The notes beneath the pieces were generated by a model. That model was not told the origin of the DNA. It saw only the letters and a list, made by a program, of their open reading frames with translations, and did no database searches. A stretch of DNA of 64,000 nt from an uncultured Chloroflexia bacterium (GTDB lineage Bacteria > Chloroflexota > Limnocylindria > Limnocylindrales > CSP1-4): positions 2,613,486 to 2,677,485 of the forward strand of contig OY970185.1 in assembly GCA_963708015.1 (NCBI GenBank). Direction: 5' to 3'. The position numbers were made by a program, and so were the translations under genes. Below, piece by piece: positions 1-9,080 of this stretch. Position 1 is the first letter of the stretch, and the number at the start of each line of letters is the position of its first letter.

Positions 1-615
1 GTCGTGGCCCACGCCGCCACCCGCTCGCGCGGCTTCACGAACGTCTGCCAGCGGATCGGCCAGGCCCTGGCCGACGCGGCCGAGTCGCTCCTGATCCAGG
101 CGATCACTCGCGAGGAGCTCGCCGCCCAGCGCGACCAGTTCGCCCAGGAAGCCCGGACCGACGCCCTGACCGGACTGCCCAACCGGCTCGCCTGGCAGGA
201 GATCCTCGACGGTGAGGAGAGCCGGCGGACGCGCTACGGCCATCCGGTCACGATCGTGAGCGCCGATCTCGACGAGCTCAAGGCGATGAACGACCAGTTC
301 GGCCACGCGGCCGGTGATCGCCTGATCTGCACCGCCGCCGGGCTGCTCAAGGAGCATGCCCGATCGACCGACCGGGTGGCCCGGGTCGGCGGTGACGAGT
401 TCTATGTCCTGATGCCCGAAACGGACGCGGAGGGCGCAGCGCGCTACGTCGCCCGTCTGCGGGCAGCGATCAAGCGGACCCGGATTGAGGGCACCACCGC
501 GCAGCTCGGCCTGTCGGTCGGCGTGGCCACGCCGCACGATGGCGAGACCCTGGCCGCTGCGCTCGAGCGGGCGGATGCGGCGATGTACGCCTCGAAGCGC
601 CGGCGGGGACGCTGA
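1..615 (+). CDS. GGDEF-domain diguanylate cyclase, C-terminal part (5' end lies outside the window)
   Basis: ORF track 4..615, with the frame open to position 1. Contains 'DALTGLPNR' and 'RVGGDEFYVLM' (GGDEF signature). Confidence 0.85.
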   Translation, partial: VVAHAATRSRGFTNVCQRIGQALADAAESLLIQAITREELAAQRDQFAQEARTDALTGLPNRLAWQEILDGEESRRTRYGHPVTIVSADLDELKAMNDQFGHAAGDRLICTAAGLLKEHARSTDRVARVGGDEFYVLMPETDAEGAARYVARLRAAIKRTRIEGTTAQLGLSVGVATPHDGETLAAALERADAAMYASKRRRGR

Positions 616-677
616 TCCGGATCTCCCTCGGCAGCCGACCCGATCGGCTAGGATCGGCCAGACGTGTCGAGAGCAGG

Positions 678-908
678 TTGCCCATGATCCTGGCCGAAAT
701 CGTCGCCGGCCTTCTCGTCCTGACCCCGTTCGCGCTCGGGGCGATGGCCCTGACCCGCAATCCGCAGACGATGGAGCGCCTCCTGGTCAAGGCGGTCCGC
801 CAGATCCGTGAACCGACCCCCGAGGAGACTCGCCTCGGTGGGCTCGTGATCTTCGGCTTCTTCTACGGGGTGATGTTCCTGTTCCTGGAGATTGGACTGC
901 ACCTCTGA
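678..908 (+). CDS. small two-TM membrane protein, hypothetical
   Basis: ORF track. Two hydrophobic stretches. The track start is TTG at 678; ATG at 684, preceded by 'gagcagg', is the more likely start. Confidence 0.4.
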   Translation: MPMILAEIVAGLLVLTPFALGAMALTRNPQTMERLLVKAVRQIREPTPEETRLGGLVIFGFFYGVMFLFLEIGLHL

Positions 909-985
909 GGGCATGCCTGCCTGCCCGCCCATGACGTTGGGCGAGGCCGCCGCGACAATCGCCCGCCGCCAGTCGTCCTGAGGCT

Positions 986-2314
986 ATGAACACGTCCGAT
1001 TCGCATCGGCTCAGCCTGCTCATCGGGCTCAGCCTGCTGGTCGCTGCCTGCGCCGGTCCCGTCTCGCCGACGCCGGCCGGTTCCCCACCGGCCAGCTCGC
1101 CGGCCGGTGGTTCGAGCGCGCCCAGCGCGAGCCCGGCCGGCTCCGGGGCCGCCGGCTCACCGACGGCAAGCAGCGGGCCGCGCCAGCCCGGCCCGAGCCA
1201 GCCGGGCCCGAGCCAGCCGGCCGGCTCGAGCCCCAGCCCCACCCTGGCCTGTGCCAGCCGGACGCTCGACGGCCTGAACGAGGGCCAGCGAGTCGGCCAG
1301 CTGTTCCTGCTCGGCCTGGCCAATGACCACCTCGGGCCTGACGAGCAGGCGGCGATCGAGACCGACCACTTCGGCTCGGTCTGGTTCACGGCCAAGTCGG
1401 ACCTCGGGGTGGCCGGGATCCGGGCGATCGCCGACGCGGTGCAGGCTCTCGTGCCGAGCTCGGCCGCGGGGCCGGGCACCGCCGGAATCGGCTTCTTCGT
1501 CGGGGCGAACCAGGAAGGCGGCCTGGTCCAGGCCCTGAACGGAACTGGCTTCTCGACGATCCCAAGCGCGCTCGTCCAGGGCACCCGGTCGACCGCCACC
1601 CTCCGCAGCGAGGCGTCCTCCTGGGCGAGTCAGCTCAAGGCGGCCGGGATCAACCTGAACTTTGCCCCGGTGACCGATGTCGTGCCGGTCGCGACCGCGG
1701 CCCAGAACCAGCCGATCGGGGTGCTCGACCGGGAGTACGGCCACACCGCGGCCGTGGCCGGGCCGCACGCCGCGGCCTTCATGGAGGGCATGGCCCGGGC
1801 GGGGATCGTGACCGTTTCGAAGCATTTCCCGGGCCTCGGCCGGGTCGTCGGCAATACCGATTTCACGTCGAACGTCGTTGACCACGTGACGACTTCTTCC
1901 GATCCGAACCTCGGCTCGTTCAGGACGGTCATCGCGGCCGGCGTACCGGTCGTCATGGTCGCCCTGGCGACCTACCTGAAGATCGACCCGGACCACCTCG
2001 CCGCGTTCTCGCCGACCGTGATCGACCACCTCCTGCGGCAGCAGCTCGGCTTCAGCGGGGTCGTCATGTCGGACGACCTCGGGGCAACCGAAGCCGTGTC
2101 GGCGATCCCGCCGGCCACCCGCGGAGTCGAGTTCATCGCTGCCGGGGGCGACATGATCATCTCGAAGACGATCGGGCCGGCCGAGGAGATGGCCGGGGCA
2201 ATCACCGCCATGGCCAGCACGAACGCGGCCTTCCGGGCCCAGGTCAACGAGGCGGCCCTGCGGGTGCTCGAGCTGAAGGCGGCCGCCCACCTCCTGCCCT
2301 GCTCGGCCGGCTAG
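986..2314 (+). CDS. glycoside hydrolase family 3 (NagZ-like beta-N-acetylhexosaminidase) lipoprotein
   Basis: Signal peptide with lipobox 'LLVAACAG', a Pro/Ser-rich linker, and the GH3 motif 'KHFPGLGRV'. Confidence 0.8.
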   Translation: MNTSDSHRLSLLIGLSLLVAACAGPVSPTPAGSPPASSPAGGSSAPSASPAGSGAAGSPTASSGPRQPGPSQPGPSQPAGSSPSPTLACASRTLDGLNEGQRVGQLFLLGLANDHLGPDEQAAIETDHFGSVWFTAKSDLGVAGIRAIADAVQALVPSSAAGPGTAGIGFFVGANQEGGLVQALNGTGFSTIPSALVQGTRSTATLRSEASSWASQLKAAGINLNFAPVTDVVPVATAAQNQPIGVLDREYGHTAAVAGPHAAAFMEGMARAGIVTVSKHFPGLGRVVGNTDFTSNVVDHVTTSSDPNLGSFRTVIAAGVPVVMVALATYLKIDPDHLAAFSPTVIDHLLRQQLGFSGVVMSDDLGATEAVSAIPPATRGVEFIAAGGDMIISKTIGPAEEMAGAITAMASTNAAFRAQVNEAALRVLELKAAAHLLPCSAG

Positions 2315-2358
2315 CTGTGATTCCCGGAGACGTTGTACGAGGACGGTCAGGCCTGATC

Positions 2359-2539
2359 CGGTCAAACGCTTCCTGGAAGACGCCTTGGGTCGACTCGGAG
2401 CGGCTCCTGCTGGCAGAGGCGTTCGAGGGCAGCCCAACCTGAGCCTGGCCGAGCCCCGCGAGCGGGCTTGACGGACGCTCGGCAACCGAGCTCGGGCCGC
2501 GAACCCCGAGTAGCCCTTCCTCAACGAACCGTTTGACCG
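2359..2539 (+). other. structured non-coding segment (candidate sRNA or 5' leader)
   Basis: 10-bp closing helix 'cggtcaaacg' (2359-2368) / 'cgtttgaccg' (2530-2539) encloses several nested GC hairpins. No credible ORF. Confidence 0.25.
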
Positions 2540-2642
2540 CCCGGGCCACTGACCCCCAAGCCTGGGGGAGGGCTCCGCCGTCAACAACCTACCCGGGAAG
2601 CACAGCTAGGCCGTTCGTCGGCGCGAACCCTATAGTTCGGCC

Positions 2643-2975
2643 ATGGATCGCGACGTCGCCATCAGGGTCCGGGCCGCCATCGAAGCCACCCTCAGGGAGC
2701 AGGGCTCCTATCCAACCTTCTCCGAGGGGCTGGTCGAGGCCGAAACCCGCTTTCGGAACGCGATCCAGGAGCTCCTGGCCGACGATGATCCGCGCTCGGC
2801 GGAGTTCCGGGCCCTGTTCCCGGTCTCGACCCCGCGAGCCCGGCCGGCCGGCCTGTCAAGCCGGGAGCGGCTCGACGGCGCCAGCGTCACGAAGAATGCC
2901 CGGATGCACCTGGCCGGAATGTCCGGCTGGCTTCAGGGCCTGATCGACGCGTCGGACACCGGCCGGACGAACTAG
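2643..2975 (+). CDS. hypothetical protein (110 aa)
   Basis: ORF track; coding-like GC3. Its stop overlaps the convergent gene's stop in the palindrome CTAG (2972-2975). Confidence 0.45.
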   Translation: MDRDVAIRVRAAIEATLREQGSYPTFSEGLVEAETRFRNAIQELLADDDPRSAEFRALFPVSTPRARPAGLSSRERLDGASVTKNARMHLAGMSGWLQGLIDASDTGRTN

Positions 2976-3400
2976 CTCGCCGCCGGGCTGGCCCCCGCCG
3001 GCACGTTGCAGGTCGCGAGGCTCTGGTTCGGGCTGCCGAAGACATTCACGAACGTCACCCCGATCGGCTGCCCGGTCGCCGGGTCGGTCGTCGCCCCGGC
3101 CACCGACGAACAGATCGTCGCCGCGGTCGCCTGGCTGACCGCCGTGTTGGGCAGGCTGGTGAAGACGAGGACACTCGTTCCGACGACCTGGACATTCGGG
3201 CCGACGCTCGACTGGAGGAGGCTCGGATACCAGACCTCGTTGGCGAACTGGGTCTGGACGTTCTTGATCATGATCGTGGTGTTCGCTGCGTCGGCGCTGG
3301 ACGAGCTGCTCCCGCTGTTTCCGCGCGTCGCCACGAATGCGATCAGGGCCACGACGACCACGACGACCACGATGATCGGGAGAGCCCGTCGTTGCTTCAT
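2972..3400 (-). CDS. membrane-anchored hypothetical protein
   Basis: Starts at 'MKQRRALPIIVVVVVVVALIAF' (internal ATG of ORF 2972..3631). That ATG overlaps the Fur-gene stop as ATGA at 3397-3400. Confidence 0.55.
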   Translation of the reverse strand: MKQRRALPIIVVVVVVVALIAFVATRGNSGSSSSSADAANTTIMIKNVQTQFANEVWYPSLLQSSVGPNVQVVGTSVLVFTSLPNTAVSQATAATICSSVAGATTDPATGQPIGVTFVNVFGSPNQSLATCNVPAGASPAAS

Positions 3401-3933
3401 CTCACATCCTTCTGGTCGGCCTGGACCGCGCGGGCAGCCTGAGTCCGCTCGCTGAGGATCATACCCTCGGCGGGGCGAGCCTCGGACCTCGATCCTCGGC
3501 AGCCCGAACAGGTCCCGGCCACCGTCAGGTGGCCGATGTCGACGCTGAACCCGGTCGACCGCTCGAGCTCCGCGACGAACCGCCGGGCGTCCTCGGGGGC
3601 GAGCTCCGTCGAGGCTCCGCAGCGCACGCATTGGAGGTGCGCGTGCTCATGTTCTGGCAGGACGTGGAACTCCTCGCGCCCGTCCGGCCCGTGACTGTGG
3701 CTGAGGTAGCCGAGCTCCTCCAGCACGTCGAGCGTGCGATAGACGGTCGAAGGCGTCGTCTCCGCGTCACGCTCCCGGCAGCGGTCGACGATCTCGCTCC
3801 CGGTGACATGGCCGCTGGTGGCGGCCAGGACGTCGAGGATCAGCCGCCGCTGGGGCGTCCAGCGCAGGCCGCGCGAACGCAGCTCGTCGCGAACCGCCAC
3901 CCACGGGGCATCGGCCGGGCGCTCGAGCTCCAC
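3397..3933 (-). CDS. Fur-family metalloregulator (possibly nickel/cobalt-responsive, given its neighbours)
   Basis: Winged-helix N-terminus, His-rich 'HSHGPDG...HEHAHLQCVRCG' and C-terminal 'CSGC' (CxxC...CxxC zinc site). Confidence 0.85.
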   Translation of the reverse strand: MELERPADAPWVAVRDELRSRGLRWTPQRRLILDVLAATSGHVTGSEIVDRCRERDAETTPSTVYRTLDVLEELGYLSHSHGPDGREEFHVLPEHEHAHLQCVRCGASTELAPEDARRFVAELERSTGFSVDIGHLTVAGTCSGCRGSRSEARPAEGMILSERTQAARAVQADQKDVR

Positions 3934-3949
3934 GGTCCGGCCGGCCGGC

Positions 3950-5089
3950 TCAGGCGGGGGTCGAGGGCGGACTGGCCGGGCCGTGATCCAGCTTGTCGTA
4001 GCCCTTCCAGCGGTAGAGCAGGGTCGAGCCGACCCAGCTCAGGACGAAGATGAGCACGATGACCACGCCCAGCACCCCGAAGTCGATGCCGTTGATGAAA
4101 TCCCAGAAGCCGCCTTCGAGACCGAGCTCCCTGGAGATGATGCTGAGCACTTCGATCCCGCCGATGACGAATGCGATCACGACCGAGATGAAGGTGATTG
4201 TCAGGTTGTAGTACAGCTTGCGAACCGGCTTGAGGAAGGCCCAGCCGTAGGCCCCCAGCATCATGATCTGGTCGCTGCTGTCCATCGTCATCATCCCGGC
4301 CGCGAAAAGGGCCGGCAGAATCAGGATGCAGACGATCGGGATCTCCTGGCCGCCGGCGGCGACGGCCAGGCCCAGGAGGGCGACCTCGCTGGCCGTGTCG
4401 AAGCCGAGCCCGAACAGGAAGCCGACCGGGTACATGTGCCAGCTCTTCCGGACGAGCCGGAGCATCGGCCGGAAGATCCGGGCCAGGAGGCCCCGGTTCT
4501 CGAGCAGCTCCTCGAGCGACTCGTTGGAATATTGGCCGCCCTGGGAAACCTCCCGGAAGAGGTGCCAGATGTTGACCAGGACGACCAGGTTGATCGCCCC
4601 GATCAGGATCAGGAAGGTTGCCGAGACCGTCGTGCCAACCAGCCCGCCGATCGCCTGGAGGGCGGGGATGTCCGCCGCCACCGAGGCCGAGAAGGCGAGC
4701 ACGACCGACAGGAGAACCACGATCGTCGAGTGGCCCAGCGAGAAGAAGAAGCCAATGGCCACCGGTCGCTGGCCGTCCTGCATGAGCTTGCGGGTGGTGT
4801 TGTCGATCGCCGCGATGTGGTCGGCGTCGAAGGCGTGGCGGAGCCCCAGGGTGTAGGCCAGGAAGCCGGCGGCGACGAACCCGGGGTAGGCCGAGCCGAG
4901 GGCCAGGAGCAGCCCGAAGGCCACGATCGTGAACAGGGCCAGGAACGCGTAGAGCAGGACGATCCGGGTCCGGGTCGGGCTGGGCGTCCGGACCGCCTGC
5001 CACACAGTCGTCATCGAGGACTCCTCACCGGCCTGGGCATCGTGCCGCTGATGATCGTCGTTATCGCGGCATGTTGCAATACCAAGCAT
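3950..5089 (-). CDS. NiCoT (HoxN/HupN/NixA family) nickel/cobalt permease
   Basis: Signature 'HAFDADHIAAIDNTTRK', then 'FFFSLGHSTIVV' and 'LGFDTASEVALL'; multi-TM. ATG at 5014 ('MTTVWQ') is a plausible alternative start. Confidence 0.9.
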   Translation of the reverse strand: MLGIATCRDNDDHQRHDAQAGEESSMTTVWQAVRTPSPTRTRIVLLYAFLALFTIVAFGLLLALGSAYPGFVAAGFLAYTLGLRHAFDADHIAAIDNTTRKLMQDGQRPVAIGFFFSLGHSTIVVLLSVVLAFSASVAADIPALQAIGGLVGTTVSATFLILIGAINLVVLVNIWHLFREVSQGGQYSNESLEELLENRGLLARIFRPMLRLVRKSWHMYPVGFLFGLGFDTASEVALLGLAVAAGGQEIPIVCILILPALFAAGMMTMDSSDQIMMLGAYGWAFLKPVRKLYYNLTITFISVVIAFVIGGIEVLSIISRELGLEGGFWDFINGIDFGVLGVVIVLIFVLSWVGSTLLYRWKGYDKLDHGPASPPSTPA

Positions 5090-5111
5090 TCGCGACAGGG
5101 CCCCGTTCGGA

Positions 5112-5975
5112 TCAGTCCCCCGGTCTCACCCCCTGTGGGCCCTCGGGCTGACCCGGGTTCGGGCCACGGCGGGCCAGGTAGGCCGCCACGAAACCGGCCT
5201 CCGTCGGGGTGCAGCCCAGGCCGAACCAGGCCCCGGCGCGAACGGCCGGTGGCGGCTCGAGGTTCGAGCCGGCGAGGATGGCCGCGGCCGACCCGTCGAA
5301 GACGACCTCGGGCGGGCCGTCTAGGACGACCCGGCCACCGCCCAGGACGATGATCCGGTCGAAGTTCTCGGCCACGAACCGAAGGTCGTGGGAGATGGCG
5401 ATGACCGTCCGGCCCCGACCGACAGCGCTGGCCACGATCTCCTCGACCCGCCGGATCCCGGGAGCGTCCTGCCCGGTCGTCGGCTCGTCCAGGACGAGGA
5501 TCCCGGTGTCCATCGCCAGGACCGAGGCGAGGGCGACCATCTTCCGGCGGGAGAAGCCGAGCACGAACGGGTTGGCAGCGGCATTCGCGCTCAGGCCGGT
5601 CGCCTCGAGCGCCGCGTCGACGACCTCCTCGAGATGGGCCCCGCGGATCCCGAGATTGCCCGGGCCGAACGCGACCTCCGACCGAATCCGCTCCTCGAAC
5701 AGCTGCAGGTCCGGGTTCTGGAAGAGCAGCCCGACCCGTCCGGCCAGTTCGGCCGTCGTTGTTGCCCGGATGTCGGCTCCGGCCAGGAGCACCCGGCCGG
5801 CCGACGGCCGGAGCAACCCGTTCAGGTGGAGGGCCAGGGTCGACTTGCCGCTGCCGTTCTGGCCGACGATGGCGACCCGCTCGCCGGCCGCGATCTCGAG
5901 GTTGACGCCTTCGAGGGCGAGCCGGCCGTTGGGGTAGCTGAAGCTGACCGAGTCGAGTTCGAGCCGGTCGGTCAC
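5112..5975 (-). CDS. ECF-type transporter ATPase (EcfA'/CbiO-like)
   Basis: Walker A 'GQNGSGKST' and Walker B 'ILVLDEPT'. GTG start overlaps the upstream stop (GTGA at 5972-5975). Confidence 0.85.
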   Translation of the reverse strand: MTDRLELDSVSFSYPNGRLALEGVNLEIAAGERVAIVGQNGSGKSTLALHLNGLLRPSAGRVLLAGADIRATTTAELAGRVGLLFQNPDLQLFEERIRSEVAFGPGNLGIRGAHLEEVVDAALEATGLSANAAANPFVLGFSRRKMVALASVLAMDTGILVLDEPTTGQDAPGIRRVEEIVASAVGRGRTVIAISHDLRFVAENFDRIIVLGGGRVVLDGPPEVVFDGSAAAILAGSNLEPPPAVRAGAWFGLGCTPTEAGFVAAYLARRGPNPGQPEGPQGVRPGD

Positions 5976-6799
5976 GGGTGAGGCCAGCCGCCGAGGGCCT
6001 GGCGGAGCGACCCGGGATCGACCGCGCCGCCGGCGGCCACGAGCGCCCGGCCCAGCCGGAACCGAGCGGGTGGCTCGATCCCGCGGTCGGCGATGCCCGG
6101 CTGGCCGAGGATCGCCTCGGCCGGGCCTTCGTCCACGATCCGGCCGGAGTCCATGACCACGATCCGGTCACACAGCCCGTCGAGGAGATCCGTGCGGTGC
6201 TCGACGATCAGCAGGGCCGTGCCCCGGTGGGCCAGCTCATGGAGCACGTCGGCCACGAGGCGGGTCCCGATCGGGTCGAGCTCCGAGGTCGGCTCGTCGA
6301 GGATCAGGTGACTCGGCTCCATGGCCAGCAGACCGGCGATCACCACGAGCTGGGTCTCGCCCCCGGACAGCTCGGTGGCCGGCTGAAGGGCGAGGTGCTC
6401 GATCCGGACGGCGGCCAGGGCCGCCTCGACCCGCTGGACCGTCCGGGCGGCGTCCAGGCCGAGGTTCATCGGTCCGAGGGCCACCTCCTCGAAGACCGTC
6501 AGCGTCTGGCCCGACAGCTGGCTGACCGGATTGGCCAGGCCGAGCCCCACCCGCTGGGCGATCTCGAACACGGGCCGCCCGGTCATCGCCTCGCCGTCGA
6601 TCTCGAGCCGGCCCTCCAGGGCCCCGCCGACCACCCCCGGAGCCATGCCCGAGGCCACCAGGCATAGGCTGGACTTGCCCGACTCGTTGGCCCCCACCAC
6701 ACCCACGACGCCCCCGTGGGGAACGACCAGGTCGATCTCCTCGAGGGCCGCCACCCGGGCACCCGGATACGTGTACGAGCGGCACTCGAGGTGGAGCAT
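5972..6799 (-). CDS. ECF-type transporter ATPase (EcfA/CbiO-like)
   Basis: Internal start 'MLHLECRSY' of ORF 5972..7543. 'GANESGKSS', 'LSGGETQLV', 'LILDEPTS'. ATGA overlap with the T component at 6799. Confidence 0.85.
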   Translation of the reverse strand: MLHLECRSYTYPGARVAALEEIDLVVPHGGVVGVVGANESGKSSLCLVASGMAPGVVGGALEGRLEIDGEAMTGRPVFEIAQRVGLGLANPVSQLSGQTLTVFEEVALGPMNLGLDAARTVQRVEAALAAVRIEHLALQPATELSGGETQLVVIAGLLAMEPSHLILDEPTSELDPIGTRLVADVLHELAHRGTALLIVEHRTDLLDGLCDRIVVMDSGRIVDEGPAEAILGQPGIADRGIEPPARFRLGRALVAAGGAVDPGSLRQALGGWPHP

Positions 6800-7581
6800 C
6801 AGCCGGCTCGACCGGTGATCCGGACCACCAGGCCGAGCCCGACCACGATGAGGAGCAGCCAGCGCAGGAGGCGCTCCCAGGTCGGGTCCGGCGGGGCCCA
6901 CAGCAGGGATCGCCGGCCCGGATGGCCGCTGGCCCGCGCCTCGAGCGCGATCGTGCGCTCGGACAGCCCGCCCAGCGAGGTGACCAGGGCCGGCATGAGG
7001 ATCGGTGCAGATCGCCGGAGGCGGGTCAGCGGGTTGCGGGCGAGCTGCAGCCCGCGAGCCCGCTGGGCGGCCGAGATCGCTCCAAGCCGGCGGGCCAGGC
7101 CCGGTCCCCAACCCAGCCCGGCAACGGCCGCCGTCGCGAATCGCCGGGAGACGCCGCGGCGCTCGAGGTCCAGCCCGAGGGCAGCCGGCACGACGGTCGT
7201 CGCGACCAGGCCGAATCCCAAGATGATCGCGGCTGCCCGGAACGCCCCGTCCGCCGCGTGCCGGGCGGCGTCCAGGGCCGCACCGCCGCTGGCCATCGAG
7301 ATCAGCCAGGTCAGGCCGCCCAGGACGGCTGCGGCCGCCAGGGCCGGCCGGCCGAGCCGGTCCAGTGATCCCGCCGTGACGGCCAGGGCAACCAGGATCA
7401 GGACCAGGACGAGCGCCCCGACCAGGCTGGGCAGACTGAGGGCGAGAGCGAATGTTGCCCCGCCCAGGACGACCGTCGTGAACGGATTCAAGGCGTGGAT
7501 CGGGCTGGCGAACCGCCGGTTGTCGAGCAGGGCGCGAGCCCACCCGGCCGGGGTCGGGGCGGTGGGTGGGCGAGCGGCCAT
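6799..7581 (-). CDS. ECF transporter transmembrane (T) component, CbiQ/EcfT family
   Basis: Multi-TM protein with the conserved 'AQRARGLQL...' Ala-Arg-Gly region and 'ALEARA'. Sits immediately upstream of two ECF ATPases. Confidence 0.8.
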   Translation of the reverse strand: MAARPPTAPTPAGWARALLDNRRFASPIHALNPFTTVVLGGATFALALSLPSLVGALVLVLILVALAVTAGSLDRLGRPALAAAAVLGGLTWLISMASGGAALDAARHAADGAFRAAAIILGFGLVATTVVPAALGLDLERRGVSRRFATAAVAGLGWGPGLARRLGAISAAQRARGLQLARNPLTRLRRSAPILMPALVTSLGGLSERTIALEARASGHPGRRSLLWAPPDPTWERLLRWLLLIVVGLGLVVRITGRAG

Positions 7582-7754
7582 TGGGCTCCGGGATCGACGA
7601 CTGCGACTATCTCGAGGCGCCGGCCGAACGACGCCGCCGATCGGGCCCAGGCGTCCCTGGACGTAGCGTTTCTTCTGGCGCCTGGTCGAGTGATCAGGCG
7701 GCGACGCGTTTCTGGCCTACCCCGCGATGGTCGAGGCCCGCTGGCGCGCCGTGA

Positions 7755-8009
7755 TCAGGAGGGCGGATTCTTCTGCTGCTCGGCCAGCTGCTTCTGGACC
7801 TCCTTGTCGACCTCGTTCTGGCGGCGCTGCCGGGCGCGCCGGACGATGATCAGGCCCATGATCCACGGCCAGATGAGGGCAACGACCAGGCCGACGAGGA
7901 GGGCCAGGGCCCAGTTTGGTGTGGCCGGCGTGGCCAACCCGCCGGTGAGCCAGTAGACGATGAAGAAGGCCACCACGCCAAGGACGATCCCGGTGATCCG
8001 CCGAATCAT
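7755..8009 (-). CDS. small two-TM protein with charged C-terminal tail, hypothetical
   Basis: ORF track; GGAGGG Shine-Dalgarno 7 nt upstream of the ATG. Confidence 0.5.
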   Translation of the reverse strand: MIRRITGIVLGVVAFFIVYWLTGGLATPATPNWALALLVGLVVALIWPWIMGLIIVRRARQRRQNEVDKEVQKQLAEQQKNPPS

Positions 8010-8195
8010 TGCGAGCCCTCCATCCGTCGGGCGGTCTCACACGTGCTGCATCGCCCTGAACCTGAGCCTAGGCGCCGCGGGGTCGGCCCGTCAACTGGCT
8101 GCGACGAGCGGCGACCCGATCCCTGGCCACGGCGATGATCGCCGCGCTGGAAGCCTACCCTCTCGCCGGCCGGCCAGGGCGAGCATTCGTCCTGC

Positions 8196-8558
8196 TCAGG
8201 CGCGGTCCGAGGCGCGGGACGGTCCACGGCGCCAGGGCGGCACGCCTTCGAGCTCGATCTCGAGCGAGAACGACAGGAAGGTCCGGACCAGCACGATCAC
8301 GCCCAGGGTCGCGGCGTTGAGCAGGGTCAGGTCGACCGTGATCGTCTGGATGATGTCGGCCACGATCAGGATCTCGAGCCCCATCAGGATCGCCCGACCG
8401 AGGTCGTTCCGGAGCGGACGATAGGCGCTCCGACCAGTGCCCGCCGCGACGGCCCGGACGTACGGCACGAAGGCCGCCAGCGAGCCGAGCAGCAGGATCA
8501 GGACGCCGACCACCTCGACCGCCTTGGCCACGGCTTCCATCGCGTCGCTGTAGCTCAT
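8196..8558 (-). CDS. DUF1622-like membrane protein
   Basis: Start at 'MSYSDAMEAV' (ATG at 8556-8558 within ORF 8196..8600). 'LRNDLGRAILMGLEILIVADIIQT' resembles the DUF1622 core. Confidence 0.55.
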   Translation of the reverse strand: MSYSDAMEAVAKAVEVVGVLILLLGSLAAFVPYVRAVAAGTGRSAYRPLRNDLGRAILMGLEILIVADIIQTITVDLTLLNAATLGVIVLVRTFLSFSLEIELEGVPPWRRGPSRASDRA

Positions 8559-8691
8559 CCGGCGATTGTAGGCGGCGCCACGCCGCCCAGATCGTTGCAA
8601 CGTGCCCTCGGCGCTCGCCTGATTCGGGGGCCCGGCTGAAAACGATGACCCCTCGGAGTCGCCTCCGGGGGGTCATTTCGTGCTCAGTCGG

Positions 8692-8766
8692 TGGTGAGCC
8701 GGGGGGGATTCGAACCCCCAACCAACTGATTAAGAGTCAGTTGCTCTGCCGTTGAGCTACCGGCCC
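8692..8766 (-). tRNA. tRNA-Lys (anticodon CUU), CCA encoded
   Basis: The reverse complement folds as a cloverleaf: acceptor GGGCCGG/CCGGCUC, anticodon arm ACUGA-CUCUUAA-UCAGU, T-loop GGTTCGAATCC. Confidence 0.9.
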
Positions 8767-9080
8767 GGGCGAAGGATACCCCATCCGGCACCGGCCACCG
8801 GCCCCAGCTCGGTCCAGCGCGAGCGCGGCCGTCCCCTTCCGCCGGATAGCTCTCGGGATGCTGCTGGGCGGCGGATTGGCCGTGCTGGGCGGCCAGGGAT
8901 CCGCGAAATTCGCCGGCGACCGCGTGGCCCAAGCACAAGATCGGCCGTCAGTCTGGCACCCGGTTCACGAAGACGCTCGCGCGGCTCGCCTAACAGCGCT
9001 GACCACGCTAGGTGGCGAAGACCCGGCGGAATGGCACCGCCGGGTGTGGCGGCCAGCTCAATCCAGCCCCCGGGCCTGGC

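Noticed and set aside
7582-7754. Cobalamin or NiCo riboswitch upstream of the ECF T-component gene
   Set aside because: I found no B12-box (GCCACUG-like) and no recognisable NiCo/czcD four-way-junction consensus on the minus strand by eye. This should still be checked with Rfam.
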